The translations under genes and the position numbers were made by a program. From positions 3,643 to 67,642 of the forward strand of contig JAZQPI010000018.1 of assembly GCA_045628545.1 (NCBI GenBank): DNA of 64,000 nt, read 5' to 3'. Positions 8,400 to 16,959 of the stretch are shown one piece after another (position 1 is the stretch's first letter; each line of letters opens with the position of its first letter). Source of the stretch: Kiritimatiellia bacterium. GTDB taxonomy: Bacteria > Verrucomicrobiota > Kiritimatiellia > RFP12 > UBA1067. The notes below the pieces were generated by a model. It worked only from the letters and a program-made list of their open reading frames with translations, was not told the DNA's origin and ran no database searches.

Positions 8400-9122
8400 A
8401 TGATAACTCGTGGAAAAGATGAAAAATTCATTCCCAGTATCGCGGAATGGGGAAGATTGTACGACGTTTGGGCGAAGAAAATCACTGGAGAACTCTGGGT
8501 GATGGGTTCCAGGGCTGACGTTCTGGACGCGACACAAGAGGCGTTTTTGAAGATTATGGGTCTTTCGAAGAAGTTCCGGCTTGAGAAGCCGCTCGCGCCG
8601 ATGTCCGTCGGAGCGTGGTACTCCTGTGTCCGCCAGCAGGCCAAGTGGATTCTCGGCCATGAGCGCGCGAAGAACCGGTATTGGCGCGCGACGGCGAACA
8701 CCGTGGATGAACTGGTCCGTGAGCTGGAAGCGGCGGACGAGGGCGCGAAGTGCCGCGGACGTCGGCTGATGGGTCTTTTGGTGGACCTCGAAGGCCGCGA
8801 GTTTGAGGCGGAACTTCCGGGCGATCGGCTGGACGCCGAATGGCTCGTTCGCAAGGTCCGTCGGCTGGTGGATGAAGTCTGCCGTACGCACGGCGTCTCG
8901 GAGCGCCACCATAACGCCTTTGTCCGCTATGTGCTGGACGAGATGCCGACCGCGGCGGTCGCGGTCGAGGTCTGGGGCGCGACGGACTCGCTCGTGGAGA
9001 TCGCCGCTCGCCGGAACAACCTGTTCGTCATCAAGAACCGGATCATGCACCTTTTGAAGGGCGTCGCCGCTGAATGGCGGTCGCGCGGCGGCAACTACGC
9101 CACGTTCTTAGACGTGGCGTGA
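8400..9122 (+). CDS. Divergent ECF-type (sigma-70 family) sigma factor
   Basis: Region-2-like DVLDATQEAFLKI...AWYSCVRQ; region-4-like NAFVRYVLDEMPTAAVAVEV...NNLFVIKNRIMHLLK. Confidence 0.6.
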   Translation: MITRGKDEKFIPSIAEWGRLYDVWAKKITGELWVMGSRADVLDATQEAFLKIMGLSKKFRLEKPLAPMSVGAWYSCVRQQAKWILGHERAKNRYWRATANTVDELVRELEAADEGAKCRGRRLMGLLVDLEGREFEAELPGDRLDAEWLVRKVRRLVDEVCRTHGVSERHHNAFVRYVLDEMPTAAVAVEVWGATDSLVEIAARRNNLFVIKNRIMHLLKGVAAEWRSRGGNYATFLDVA

Positions 9123-9174
9123 TAAAAATGCAGCTGCAAAGATTAACCATAAAAGAAAAGAAAGGAACGGAAAC

Positions 9175-9465
9175 ATGAACGTGGACAAGGAAGTCAAATA
9201 CGATGAGATGGACGAGTACAATGCAGACGAGTGGGACGAAAAGGCGATAGCAGAGACCGCAAGGAGAAATCAGCTCGGCTGGCGGGCGGACTGCGTACAG
9301 ATTTGCGAGTCCGACCTGTATTCGCAGGAGGTGCGCGATCTTGCGGCAAGGCTGATTTGGCTCATTGACGATGTCGCGTGCATGTATCACGGCGGTCCGC
9401 TGAAGCTCAAGTCGTTAAATGAGATGGTGCACACGCTCGAAAAACTCCGTGAGAAGGTCCAGTGA
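9175..9465 (+). CDS. Hypothetical acidic protein (96 aa)
   Basis: ORF with RBS GAAAGGA directly after the ECF-like gene. Confidence 0.6.
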   Translation: MNVDKEVKYDEMDEYNADEWDEKAIAETARRNQLGWRADCVQICESDLYSQEVRDLAARLIWLIDDVACMYHGGPLKLKSLNEMVHTLEKLREKVQ

Positions 9466-9621
9466 CGGAAAATCTGGCGTATTTTTCATTTCCGTTGGAA
9501 TTCCAACAGACTTTTGGAGCGGAAAATGGCATAATGTTCGGCGTCGGGCGGAGGTGCGGATTCGGCCGGGCGGCCGGGACGCGGAACGCTCCGCACGACG
9601 CAACGGAAACGGAGGTGCGTT

Positions 9622-9771
9622 ATGAACAACAAGAAATACGTGTGCAAGATCTGCGGCTGGGTTTACGATCCGGCCGAGCATGACAACGTGGCGTTCGAGG
9701 ACCTGCCGGCCGACTGGACGTGCCCCGTCTGCGGAGTGGGCAAGGACGACTTCGAACCCGCCTACAACTGA
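9622..9771 (+). CDS. Rubredoxin (49 aa; missing from the ORF track)
   Basis: [17 protein letters not shown]...[22 protein letters not shown] with two CxxCG motifs; RBS GGAGG. Confidence 0.95.
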   Translation: MNNKKYVCKICGWVYDPAEHDNVAFEDLPADWTCPVCGVGKDDFEPAYN

Positions 9772-9819
9772 CCGGCCGCCGGCGGCCGAAAACAAGGGGG
9801 CGCGGCAATTCTGCCGCGC

Positions 9820-11542
9820 CCTGGAGTTTACCCATTTTCTGACCGCTGAAACGCATCTCGCCCCGATAAATAAAGGGTGATGTGCGTTTCCGCAAGTGAA
9901 ATTGGCGTGATTCTTCCGTGGAATGGACTTTGAGCTGTGTGGCTCACGCTGTAGCTCCTGGGAACCGGATGGGATTCGTGCACCCCGATTCGCCCGGCAT
10001 CGGCTTCAGCAGAGGTCTGCCGCGAACAGTTCCCTGAATCCAGGAAGGAATTCCAGCAGCTCGTTTTCGGTTGGCGCGGGTTCCGGATCGATGATCTTGC
10101 GGCACCATTTTCCGAATCGCGTGAAGGCGCGTTTGAGCCCGTCCGCGATCGCGTAGTTGGCGAACTCCGGGACCTTGCCGAGCCTCTGTGAAAGCGTCTT
10201 CAGATGCTCTGCGAGGACTTCGCGCTTCACATGTCGTCCGAGCCAGGCCGAAGCGAAGTACGTCGTGGCGAGGACGATCGACGCCATGTTGCGGATGCCG
10301 CAGTAGGACAGCACCCGGATGTTCTCGAATCCATAGGCCTGCTTGACGAACCGGATCGTCTCCTCGATCCTCCAGCGCGTGAGGTATCCTTCGACGATCC
10401 GCCACATCGACTCGAACGATCCATTGACGGGAAGCGACGTCAGCAGCATCATCGGGTCGTCGCCAAAGCCTTTCGCCACGATCATGTGCAGTTCCTTTTC
10501 AGGATGCATGGGAAGGCGTACGGGTATCGCTCCGAACGAGATCTGCACGCTGCATTCCTTCCCGTGGGAGTCGAACTCGACATGATGATGGTGACGCATG
10601 GTGCATTGCTGGGCGGGCCAGTGGATCTCGTGAAGGCCTTTCCACGAGAGCACGTTCCGTCCCGTCATGCGGACGATGAAGTCCCAGCCGTTCTTTATGA
10701 AAGCCCCGTAAAATGCGGGTCTGTCGCCGCCTCTGTCATATACGAGGATGCCTTTGCCGCCGGTCGCGGACATGATTGCGGTGATGAGCTTGAGCACTTC
10801 GTCGTTTTCTCCCAGATGTCCGGGAGCGCGCGACGACCAGAGTTTGAGCGCGAGCGGTACGGTCTTGCGCCTGCCGCTCTGACAGGCGACGGCCATGCAG
10901 CCGTGATAGCCGTGCACGAGCACCTCGCATCTTTCTTTCGACGAGCGGCTTGCGTCCCTGACCATCGTGACGTGCTCCATGTGAAGACCGAACTCCTTCC
11001 GGATCTCCGTCGGGTCGACTAGTATGAGTGAGTCGTCGCGGACGTGCTTCGCGCCTTCCGCGAGGATGGCCTTGTCGATTTCCATGCCGATTCCCTCGTT
11101 CGCCACGTTACGGCTCAGTCGCTTCTCGACGGCGTGTTTCATGTCGGGATCGTCGTTGATCGCCCGCATGATCGACGAGAGCTGCGTGTCTCCCGAGGCC
11201 TGTATCCCGTAGAGCATGTCGGCCAGGAACTTCTTCCTCGGCTTCGAGAAATGGGTAAACACTTTACCCAGAAATTTTCTGAGTTGCTCTTTCGCTCTGA
11301 AGGCAATTGTGCTATCATTCATGTCGTGGTCTTCTCCTTTCGTTCATTTAGCGCATCCTGTATTCTACAGGAAAACGGGACGGGAAGACCACGCTTTTTT
11401 TCAGACGGTGTGGAGATGGCCTAGTCGCGAGAGGGGTTTCAGTCTGGCGAAGCGGTAGTGTGAGCCACACCGTTCGGAGTCAAAATTGGCGGGCAGGGCG
11501 GGGCGGAAATCGGCAGGGAATCAAAAATGGGTAAACTCCAGG
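9820..11542 (-). mobile_element. IS4-family insertion sequence (~1.72 kb)
   Basis: Perfect 19-bp terminal inverted repeats cctggagtttacccatttt (9820-9838) / aaaatgggtaaactccagg (11524-11542) flank a DDE transposase; no target-site duplication seen. Confidence 0.88.
10006..11322 (-). CDS. IS4-family DDE transposase
   Basis: LVDPTE (D1), LVYDRGGD (D2), YLTRWRIEETIRFVKQ (YREK signature). Confidence 0.93.
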   Translation of the reverse strand: MNDSTIAFRAKEQLRKFLGKVFTHFSKPRKKFLADMLYGIQASGDTQLSSIMRAINDDPDMKHAVEKRLSRNVANEGIGMEIDKAILAEGAKHVRDDSLILVDPTEIRKEFGLHMEHVTMVRDASRSSKERCEVLVHGYHGCMAVACQSGRRKTVPLALKLWSSRAPGHLGENDEVLKLITAIMSATGGKGILVYDRGGDRPAFYGAFIKNGWDFIVRMTGRNVLSWKGLHEIHWPAQQCTMRHHHHVEFDSHGKECSVQISFGAIPVRLPMHPEKELHMIVAKGFGDDPMMLLTSLPVNGSFESMWRIVEGYLTRWRIEETIRFVKQAYGFENIRVLSYCGIRNMASIVLATTYFASAWLGRHVKREVLAEHLKTLSQRLGKVPEFANYAIADGLKRAFTRFGKWCRKIIDPEPAPTENELLEFLPGFRELFAADLC

Positions 11543-11552
11543 CGGGATGAGG

Positions 11553-11582
11553 TTGACAATCTGCCTGAGAATAGGGTATACT
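11553..11582 (+). promoter_or_regulatory. sigma70 promoter for the downstream helicase unit
   Basis: TTGACA (11553-11558), 18 bp, TATACT (11577-11582). Confidence 0.6.
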
Positions 11583-11737
11583 GTTTTCGTTGCCTTTGGT
11601 GGTGTTGTTTTCATAATCCTGTAGGTTACAGGAAATCGCCGCCAAATGCAACACTAAACTTTCATCCCTTCGCGAACGCAGTGAGCGAATGGGATGCTAA
11701 TGGTCGTAGCCTTTAAGTTGAGCTAAGGAGGAATATC

Positions 11738-12129
11738 ATGGATATTACGAAGATTGTGTACTCGGAAGGAGGGTTCTTTGGTCATCCGGCAACATTCTCT
11801 TTGGGCCTTAGGCGGTGTGAGTTTGTCTGTGGTGTAGGAGAGCCTGGTGGGGCACTAGTCAATTGGCTGCCGCGTGTGAGGGTCCCAGAGGCGGACATGC
11901 ATGCGATCCTGCGGTTGGTCTCAAGTGTAAGTTCATGCGTTGGCGCGATGTATACGATCTTGAGACGATGGATGGAACCCAGTGGGAGCTTAAATTGAAG
12001 TCCGGTAGGCGTGTTATTAAGAAAGTCTGGGGATCGAATCAATGGCCTCGAGAGTGGTCGGCGGTCAGTCGACTGTTGGCATATTTCGGCGCGGAAGATA
12101 TGGTTGGACCGTGCGCTGGGGACGAATGA
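11738..12129 (+). pseudogene. Frameshifted hypothetical protein (~130 aa when joined)
   Basis: RBS TAAGGAGG start (MDITKIVYSEGGFFG) switches frame near 11920 to ...WRDVYDLETMDGTQWELKL...GSNQWP. One missing C would join the frames. Confidence 0.55.
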
Positions 12130-12130
12130 T

Positions 12131-13957
12131 ATGACTTTGTCTGAAGATCAGCAGTTGGCGCTTGATGCGATGATGTCCGGGAAGAACGTCTTCCTGACAG
12201 GCGAAGCCGGTACGGGCAAGTCCACAGTGCTTCGGGAGTTCCGGACTCGATGTGATCGTGCCTGCGTGGTTTTGGCTCCTACCGGGGTTGCGGCCATCAA
12301 TGCCGGTGGCGCGACAATTCACAGCTTCTTCATGCTGCCGCCTGGATTGATGACACCGGATACGATCGATGAAATTACTCATGGCAAGAAAAGGGCGATC
12401 ATCCGGGCGACAAAGACAATTATCATTGATGAGATCTCAATGGTGCGCAGTGATGTGTTTGCAGCTATGGATATACGGCTCCGCGGACTGGCTCGAGGTG
12501 GTAATGCAAAGCGCCCATTTGGCGGGAAGCAGATTATTCTCGTGGGCGATTATTTCCAGTTGCCGCCAGTAGTGAAGACCGAGACGGAGTCTGATTATCT
12601 CAATAATCATTTGGGTGGCGGGTACGCTTTCCAGACCAGGCTTTGGGCGGATGCTAAGTTCAAGTGCGTGTTCCTCCGCAAGGTCCATCGTCAGCGCAAT
12701 GACGTGCGATTCCTCGCGATTCTGAACAGCATTAGACATGGTTCTTTGGATGATGCCAATGTTGAGGTTGAAGGCGGGGTTCGCATTACGGCTGCCGAGG
12801 CGCTGAATCGATACTGTCTCAATAATGAGCGTCTCCCTGCTGAGCCGATTTGCCTTTGCACGACGAATCGAGAGGCGCATGCGCTGAATACGGCGGCAAG
12901 GGCACGATTGAAAGCGCAAGGTTCCAAGTTTGTCGCTGTTGTAAGCGGCAGGTTCCCGGAGGCTGATTATCCGACGGAATTTAGTCTTGAGCTTATGAAG
13001 GGAGCGCGTGTCATGTTGCTTACCAACAAGCGCCTCCCGGATGGAGACTATGAATATGTCAATGGCGATATGGGAGCGGTGACGGAAATCTCCAGCTTTG
13101 ATGAATCGCCAAGGGTTCAAATCAGGCTTGATCGCAATGGGCGAGAAGTGTCGGTGGCGAGCAAAGAATGGAAGAACTATGCATATGTGATTGAGGAGGA
13201 TAAAATTAGTGGCAAGAAGGTTCTTCGTCAGCGCGAAATCGGAAAGTTCGCCCAAATTCCTCTTCGGCTTGCCTACGCAATTACCGTGCACAAGTCACAG
13301 GGACTGAGTTTGGACTGCGTGGATATCCGTCTTGGAAGCGGGTGCTTTACGCATGGGCAGCTCTATACGGCGCTTTCTCGCTGCCGGTCGCTAGAAGGGC
13401 TTCGGATTGATCGGACCGTCATGAAGGATGACCTTATTCTAGACGATGCGGTTGTCCGGTTCTACAAGACGATAGAGGAAGGATGGGAGCGCTCTGACAA
13501 GACTGTGTCATTGGACGTGCCGCCGGAATTCGAGGCTGCGATGAAGGCGTATCTTGAAAAGCTGAAGTCGGGAAGAGGCAATGTCCAGTCGGCCCCAGGG
13601 AGTCCTGTGTTGCGGCATCGTCCTGTTCAGCGAGAGTTGGGCTTGCCGTCGGTTCCACCCTCAATATTGGAATCTCCACAATCGTTACTACATGAAAACA
13701 ACAGACGAGAGGAGCGCGTGAGTGATCATATTGATCTGGAGAAGTTGCGCGTCGTCTATTCGGGACAGACAGGGTCGGAGAAATCGGATGGAATGACCAA
13801 AAAGGAAAATGGCGTCGGCTTTAATAAGTTCGATGCGCCGATATTGTCTCGGATTGCCGAAGGGTTCTTCAAAAACGGCTGGGTGACACGGACGGAGCTG
13901 GCGGAGGTGACGCATCGTATTCAGAAGTATCGTCGCCAGTGGGAAGGGCGGGTCTGA
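12131..13957 (+). CDS. PIF1/RecD-like SF1B DNA helicase with C-terminal extension
   Basis: GEAGTGKS, LAPTGVAA, IIDEISMV, PFGGKQIILVGDYFQLPPV, QIPLRLAYAITVHKSQG, GQLYTALSR. Confidence 0.92.
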   Translation: MTLSEDQQLALDAMMSGKNVFLTGEAGTGKSTVLREFRTRCDRACVVLAPTGVAAINAGGATIHSFFMLPPGLMTPDTIDEITHGKKRAIIRATKTIIIDEISMVRSDVFAAMDIRLRGLARGGNAKRPFGGKQIILVGDYFQLPPVVKTETESDYLNNHLGGGYAFQTRLWADAKFKCVFLRKVHRQRNDVRFLAILNSIRHGSLDDANVEVEGGVRITAAEALNRYCLNNERLPAEPICLCTTNREAHALNTAARARLKAQGSKFVAVVSGRFPEADYPTEFSLELMKGARVMLLTNKRLPDGDYEYVNGDMGAVTEISSFDESPRVQIRLDRNGREVSVASKEWKNYAYVIEEDKISGKKVLRQREIGKFAQIPLRLAYAITVHKSQGLSLDCVDIRLGSGCFTHGQLYTALSRCRSLEGLRIDRTVMKDDLILDDAVVRFYKTIEEGWERSDKTVSLDVPPEFEAAMKAYLEKLKSGRGNVQSAPGSPVLRHRPVQRELGLPSVPPSILESPQSLLHENNRREERVSDHIDLEKLRVVYSGQTGSEKSDGMTKKENGVGFNKFDAPILSRIAEGFFKNGWVTRTELAEVTHRIQKYRRQWEGRV

Positions 13958-14166
13958 GCCAGCAGCTGAGTTGCTGAATGGAGGTGTAAGATGTGCAGTA
14001 ATGCATCCTTAACATTGATTGAGTTTCGCAAGCTCTATGTGATAGGCGAGTCCGCTCTTAAAAGGCAGTCCGCACGCCCAGTCTGGCACCAGCGCATTGG
14101 CAGATGATGTGCCTCGCATGTCTCGTCTGACGCTTAAATTTGTTAACATGATATAAGGATTGCACT

Positions 14167-14499
14167 ATGAGCACGACCTTCAAAGTAGAAACCTTCTATA
14201 GAAGCACGAACTGCGACTGCAAGGCTGTTATCTACATTGAACACAATCAAACAGTACGTTTCATCAAAGGATCAACATTGGTATTCTCAAGGATTTATCC
14301 TGGAGACGACGAGAAAGGCGAGGAAAAGGCTAGGTCTATTCTTGTCGACACGGTTTTACTTGATCAAGTCGACACTAAGAACGCGTACGAATTGAGCGTG
14401 ATAGACGACTTTAAGGTATTTAATATAGAAAGTGCTACAATGCTTCTCACAGGCAAAGACGAGGTTAGTCCAGAGATGTTCTGGGAAGAGATTTTTTGA
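14167..14499 (+). CDS. Hypothetical protein (110 aa, AT-rich)
   Basis: ORF with RBS TAAGGA and low-GC codon usage; hairpin cgctccgac-aag-gtcggagcg downstream (14535-14555). Confidence 0.6.
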   Translation: MSTTFKVETFYRSTNCDCKAVIYIEHNQTVRFIKGSTLVFSRIYPGDDEKGEEKARSILVDTVLLDQVDTKNAYELSVIDDFKVFNIESATMLLTGKDEVSPEMFWEEIF

Positions 14500-14643
14500 T
14501 TCATACGCTTCGTGTCACCATCCATCCGATATGACGCTCCGACAAGGTCGGAGCGGACGCTCGGAATCATGTATGGAAGACTGGGCTGATTGTGTGTACC
14601 CTATGCGTCTTTGGTATAATACTTTAAACGAAAGGACAATGTT

Positions 14644-14959
14644 ATGGCCAAGGATATGCTGAAGCTTCAACTTGCCTACAAGGGCTCGGAATATTCTCGC
14701 ACGGTTGTCGTGCAGAGGAAGTTCTCGCTGGCTTTTCTGCACGAGGTGATTCAGGTGTCGTTCGGTTGGCTCAATTACCATCTCTACAACTTCGTGGATG
14801 CGAAGGGCGTTGTGTAAGGCGCAGGAGTGCGAGGCATGGCTCGACGAAGCCTTTGGCAAGACTGCCAGCTCCGTCCTGCGCGAGCCGTCCGCCGCCGAAA
14901 TCCACGCCCGCGTCTGGCATCTCCACGAACTCGTCTGCACGGCGCTGCCCGCGAAGTAA
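14644..14959 (+). pseudogene. pRiA4b ORF-3 / IS1096 TnpR-family remnant with internal deletion
   Basis: 14644-14817 encodes ...SRTVVV...LAFLHEVIQVSFGWLNYHLYNF then stops; an out-of-frame C-terminal-like fragment ends at 14959. Confidence 0.6.
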
Positions 14960-14969
14960 ACGCGCCCCC

Positions 14970-14999
14970 TTGACATACCTACCTGAAAGTATGTATAAT
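14970..14999 (+). promoter_or_regulatory. Consensus sigma70 promoter overlapped by an AcrR-type operator
   Basis: TTGACA (14970-14975), 18 bp, TATAAT (14994-14999); inverted repeat ACATAC-N10-GTATGT (14973-14994). Confidence 0.8.
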
Positions 15000-15008
15000 A
15001 TTCTGCAA

Positions 15009-15662
15009 ATGCCAAGACGGACGAAAAACGAGGCTCATCGGACGCGCGAGAGGATTCTCGCCAGCGCCTTGTCCCTTTTCGTCAAAAAGGGCTACGACCG
15101 CACGACCTTTACGGACATCGCGGCGCGGCTCAAGATGACGAAGGGCGCGGTCTACTGGCATTTCGCGACGAAGGAGCTGCTGCTGGGCGCCCTGGTGGAC
15201 GAAATGCTCGCCAAGTTCTCCCGGCAGCTCTCCGAGATCCAGCCCCGCCCGGATGAACTCTCGTTCCCCACCGTGGCGGACATGATGGTCGCCACGGCGG
15301 AGCGGATCGTCTCCGATCCGCGCGGAACGGCGTTCTTCATGCTGATGAAGACGCAGATCCGCTGGCAGTCCGCCTCCATGGCGGCGACGCGCGAGCGGCT
15401 GATGATGGACGGCACGAACGGCCCGTACCATTCGTTCGTGCGGGCGCTGGAGAACGACGTGAAGGCGGGGCGCGTGCGCACGGACGTGAATCCCGCGGCG
15501 GTGGCGTCGGTGGCGATCGCGATCTGGGACGGGCTCGTCCAGTCGCGGATCGAGCGCTTCCTGGCGTGCGAGCTGGGTCCGACGCTGAAGAAGGCGTATG
15601 CGGCGCTGTGGATTTCGATTTCGGCCGGCGGAAGCCGGCCAAGGGAAGTAAAGGAAGGATAG
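15009..15662 (+). CDS. TetR/AcrR-family transcriptional regulator
   Basis: MPRRTKNEAHRTRERILASA...TTFTDIAARLKMTKGAVYWHFATKE helix-turn-helix. Confidence 0.93.
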   Translation: MPRRTKNEAHRTRERILASALSLFVKKGYDRTTFTDIAARLKMTKGAVYWHFATKELLLGALVDEMLAKFSRQLSEIQPRPDELSFPTVADMMVATAERIVSDPRGTAFFMLMKTQIRWQSASMAATRERLMMDGTNGPYHSFVRALENDVKAGRVRTDVNPAAVASVAIAIWDGLVQSRIERFLACELGPTLKKAYAALWISISAGGSRPREVKEG

Positions 15663-15666
15663 AGCG

Positions 15667-16893
15667 ATGGCGAATGAAGAACATGGCAAGTCCGCGGTCG
15701 GCGCGGTCGTAGGGACGGTGGTGCTGGCGGCGGTTTGCGTCGCGGGCGGCTGGATCGGTCACGGCCTTATGGGGAAGGTCGGCGGGCCGAAGGGTCCGGA
15801 CATGGCGGCGATGATGGCCGGAATGGCGCAGACGGTCGCGGTGCGGCCGGTGGAGCTGCGGCCCTACAACCTCCCCAACCGCTATGTGGCGCACGCGGAG
15901 GCCGTGCAGGAGGTCGACCTCCTGCCGCAGGTCGACGGCTATATCAAGGAGATCAAGTTCAAGGAGGGCGACCTCGTCAAGGAAGGCCAGCTCCTGTACG
16001 TGCTGGACGACGAGCGCTATCAGGCCGTCGTGAACCAGCGCATGGCCGACCTGGCGGCGGCCGAGGCCGAGGAGCGCCGCGCCAAGCGCTATTACGAGCG
16101 TATGCAGAACGCCGACGAGCGCGGCATCACCCAGAAGGAGCGCGATGACGCCGAGGCCGCCGCGGAGTCCGCGAAGGCCAAGGTGCTGCAGGCGAAGGCG
16201 AACCTCGTCGTCGCGGAGTACGACCTCAAGAAGTCCAAGGTCTTCGCGCCGATCTCCGGCCAGATCGGCAAGACGACCGCGCACGTGGGCGACTATGTGG
16301 CGCCGTCGAAGGGGGCGCTCGCCCACGTCATGCAGGTCGACCCGATCCGCGTCACCTTCCCGCTCACGGACCGCGCGTTCGTGGATATCCGCGAGGCGCA
16401 GCGCAAGGGGCGGCACGTCAACGACGAGGTCCGCACCCGTCTGCTGCTGCCGAACGGGGACGTGTACGAGTGCGAGGGCAAGTACGACTTCGACGACAAC
16501 CAGATGAGCCGCGAGACGGCGACGATCATCATGCGCCTCAGCTTCGCGAACGCCGACCGGCTGCTGGTGCCGAACAGCTATCTGACGCTGCTGGCCGACC
16601 GGCGCAATCCCGAGTCGCTGGCGTGCGTGCCGCAGCAGGCCGTCATCGACCTGGCGGGCGGCAATCAGGCGGTGTTCGTGCTGAAGGAGGAGGACATGAC
16701 GGTCGAGCAGCGCGTCGTGACGACGCGCGAGACCTTCGAGGGCTGGACGCCGGTCGTCACGGGGCTGAAGGTCGGCGAGAAGGTGGTCGTCTCCGGAGTG
16801 TCGAAGCTCCGTCCGGGCGCGAAGGTCGTGCTCGTCGAGGCCAGCCCCAACGACGACCTCGATCCGAACTACAAGGCCCCGATCAATGAGTAG
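15667..16893 (+). CDS. RND efflux periplasmic adaptor (MFP)
   Basis: N-terminal TM; PQVDGYIKEIKFKEGDLVKEGQLLY and APISGQIGK lipoyl-like motifs. Confidence 0.93.
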   Translation: MANEEHGKSAVGAVVGTVVLAAVCVAGGWIGHGLMGKVGGPKGPDMAAMMAGMAQTVAVRPVELRPYNLPNRYVAHAEAVQEVDLLPQVDGYIKEIKFKEGDLVKEGQLLYVLDDERYQAVVNQRMADLAAAEAEERRAKRYYERMQNADERGITQKERDDAEAAAESAKAKVLQAKANLVVAEYDLKKSKVFAPISGQIGKTTAHVGDYVAPSKGALAHVMQVDPIRVTFPLTDRAFVDIREAQRKGRHVNDEVRTRLLLPNGDVYECEGKYDFDDNQMSRETATIIMRLSFANADRLLVPNSYLTLLADRRNPESLACVPQQAVIDLAGGNQAVFVLKEEDMTVEQRVVTTRETFEGWTPVVTGLKVGEKVVVSGVSKLRPGAKVVLVEASPNDDLDPNYKAPINE

Positions 16894-16959
16894 CCGCAGG
16901 TTTAGGTGCCGGAGAAAGGCGCAGACGCATGATTTGGTGAAAGGTGAAGGCATCTGAAA

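Noticed and set aside
13960-14640. Integron cassette (attC) around the AT-rich ORF 14167-14499
   Set aside because: A hairpin is present but no RYYYAAC...GTTRRRY box pair or integrase was seen.
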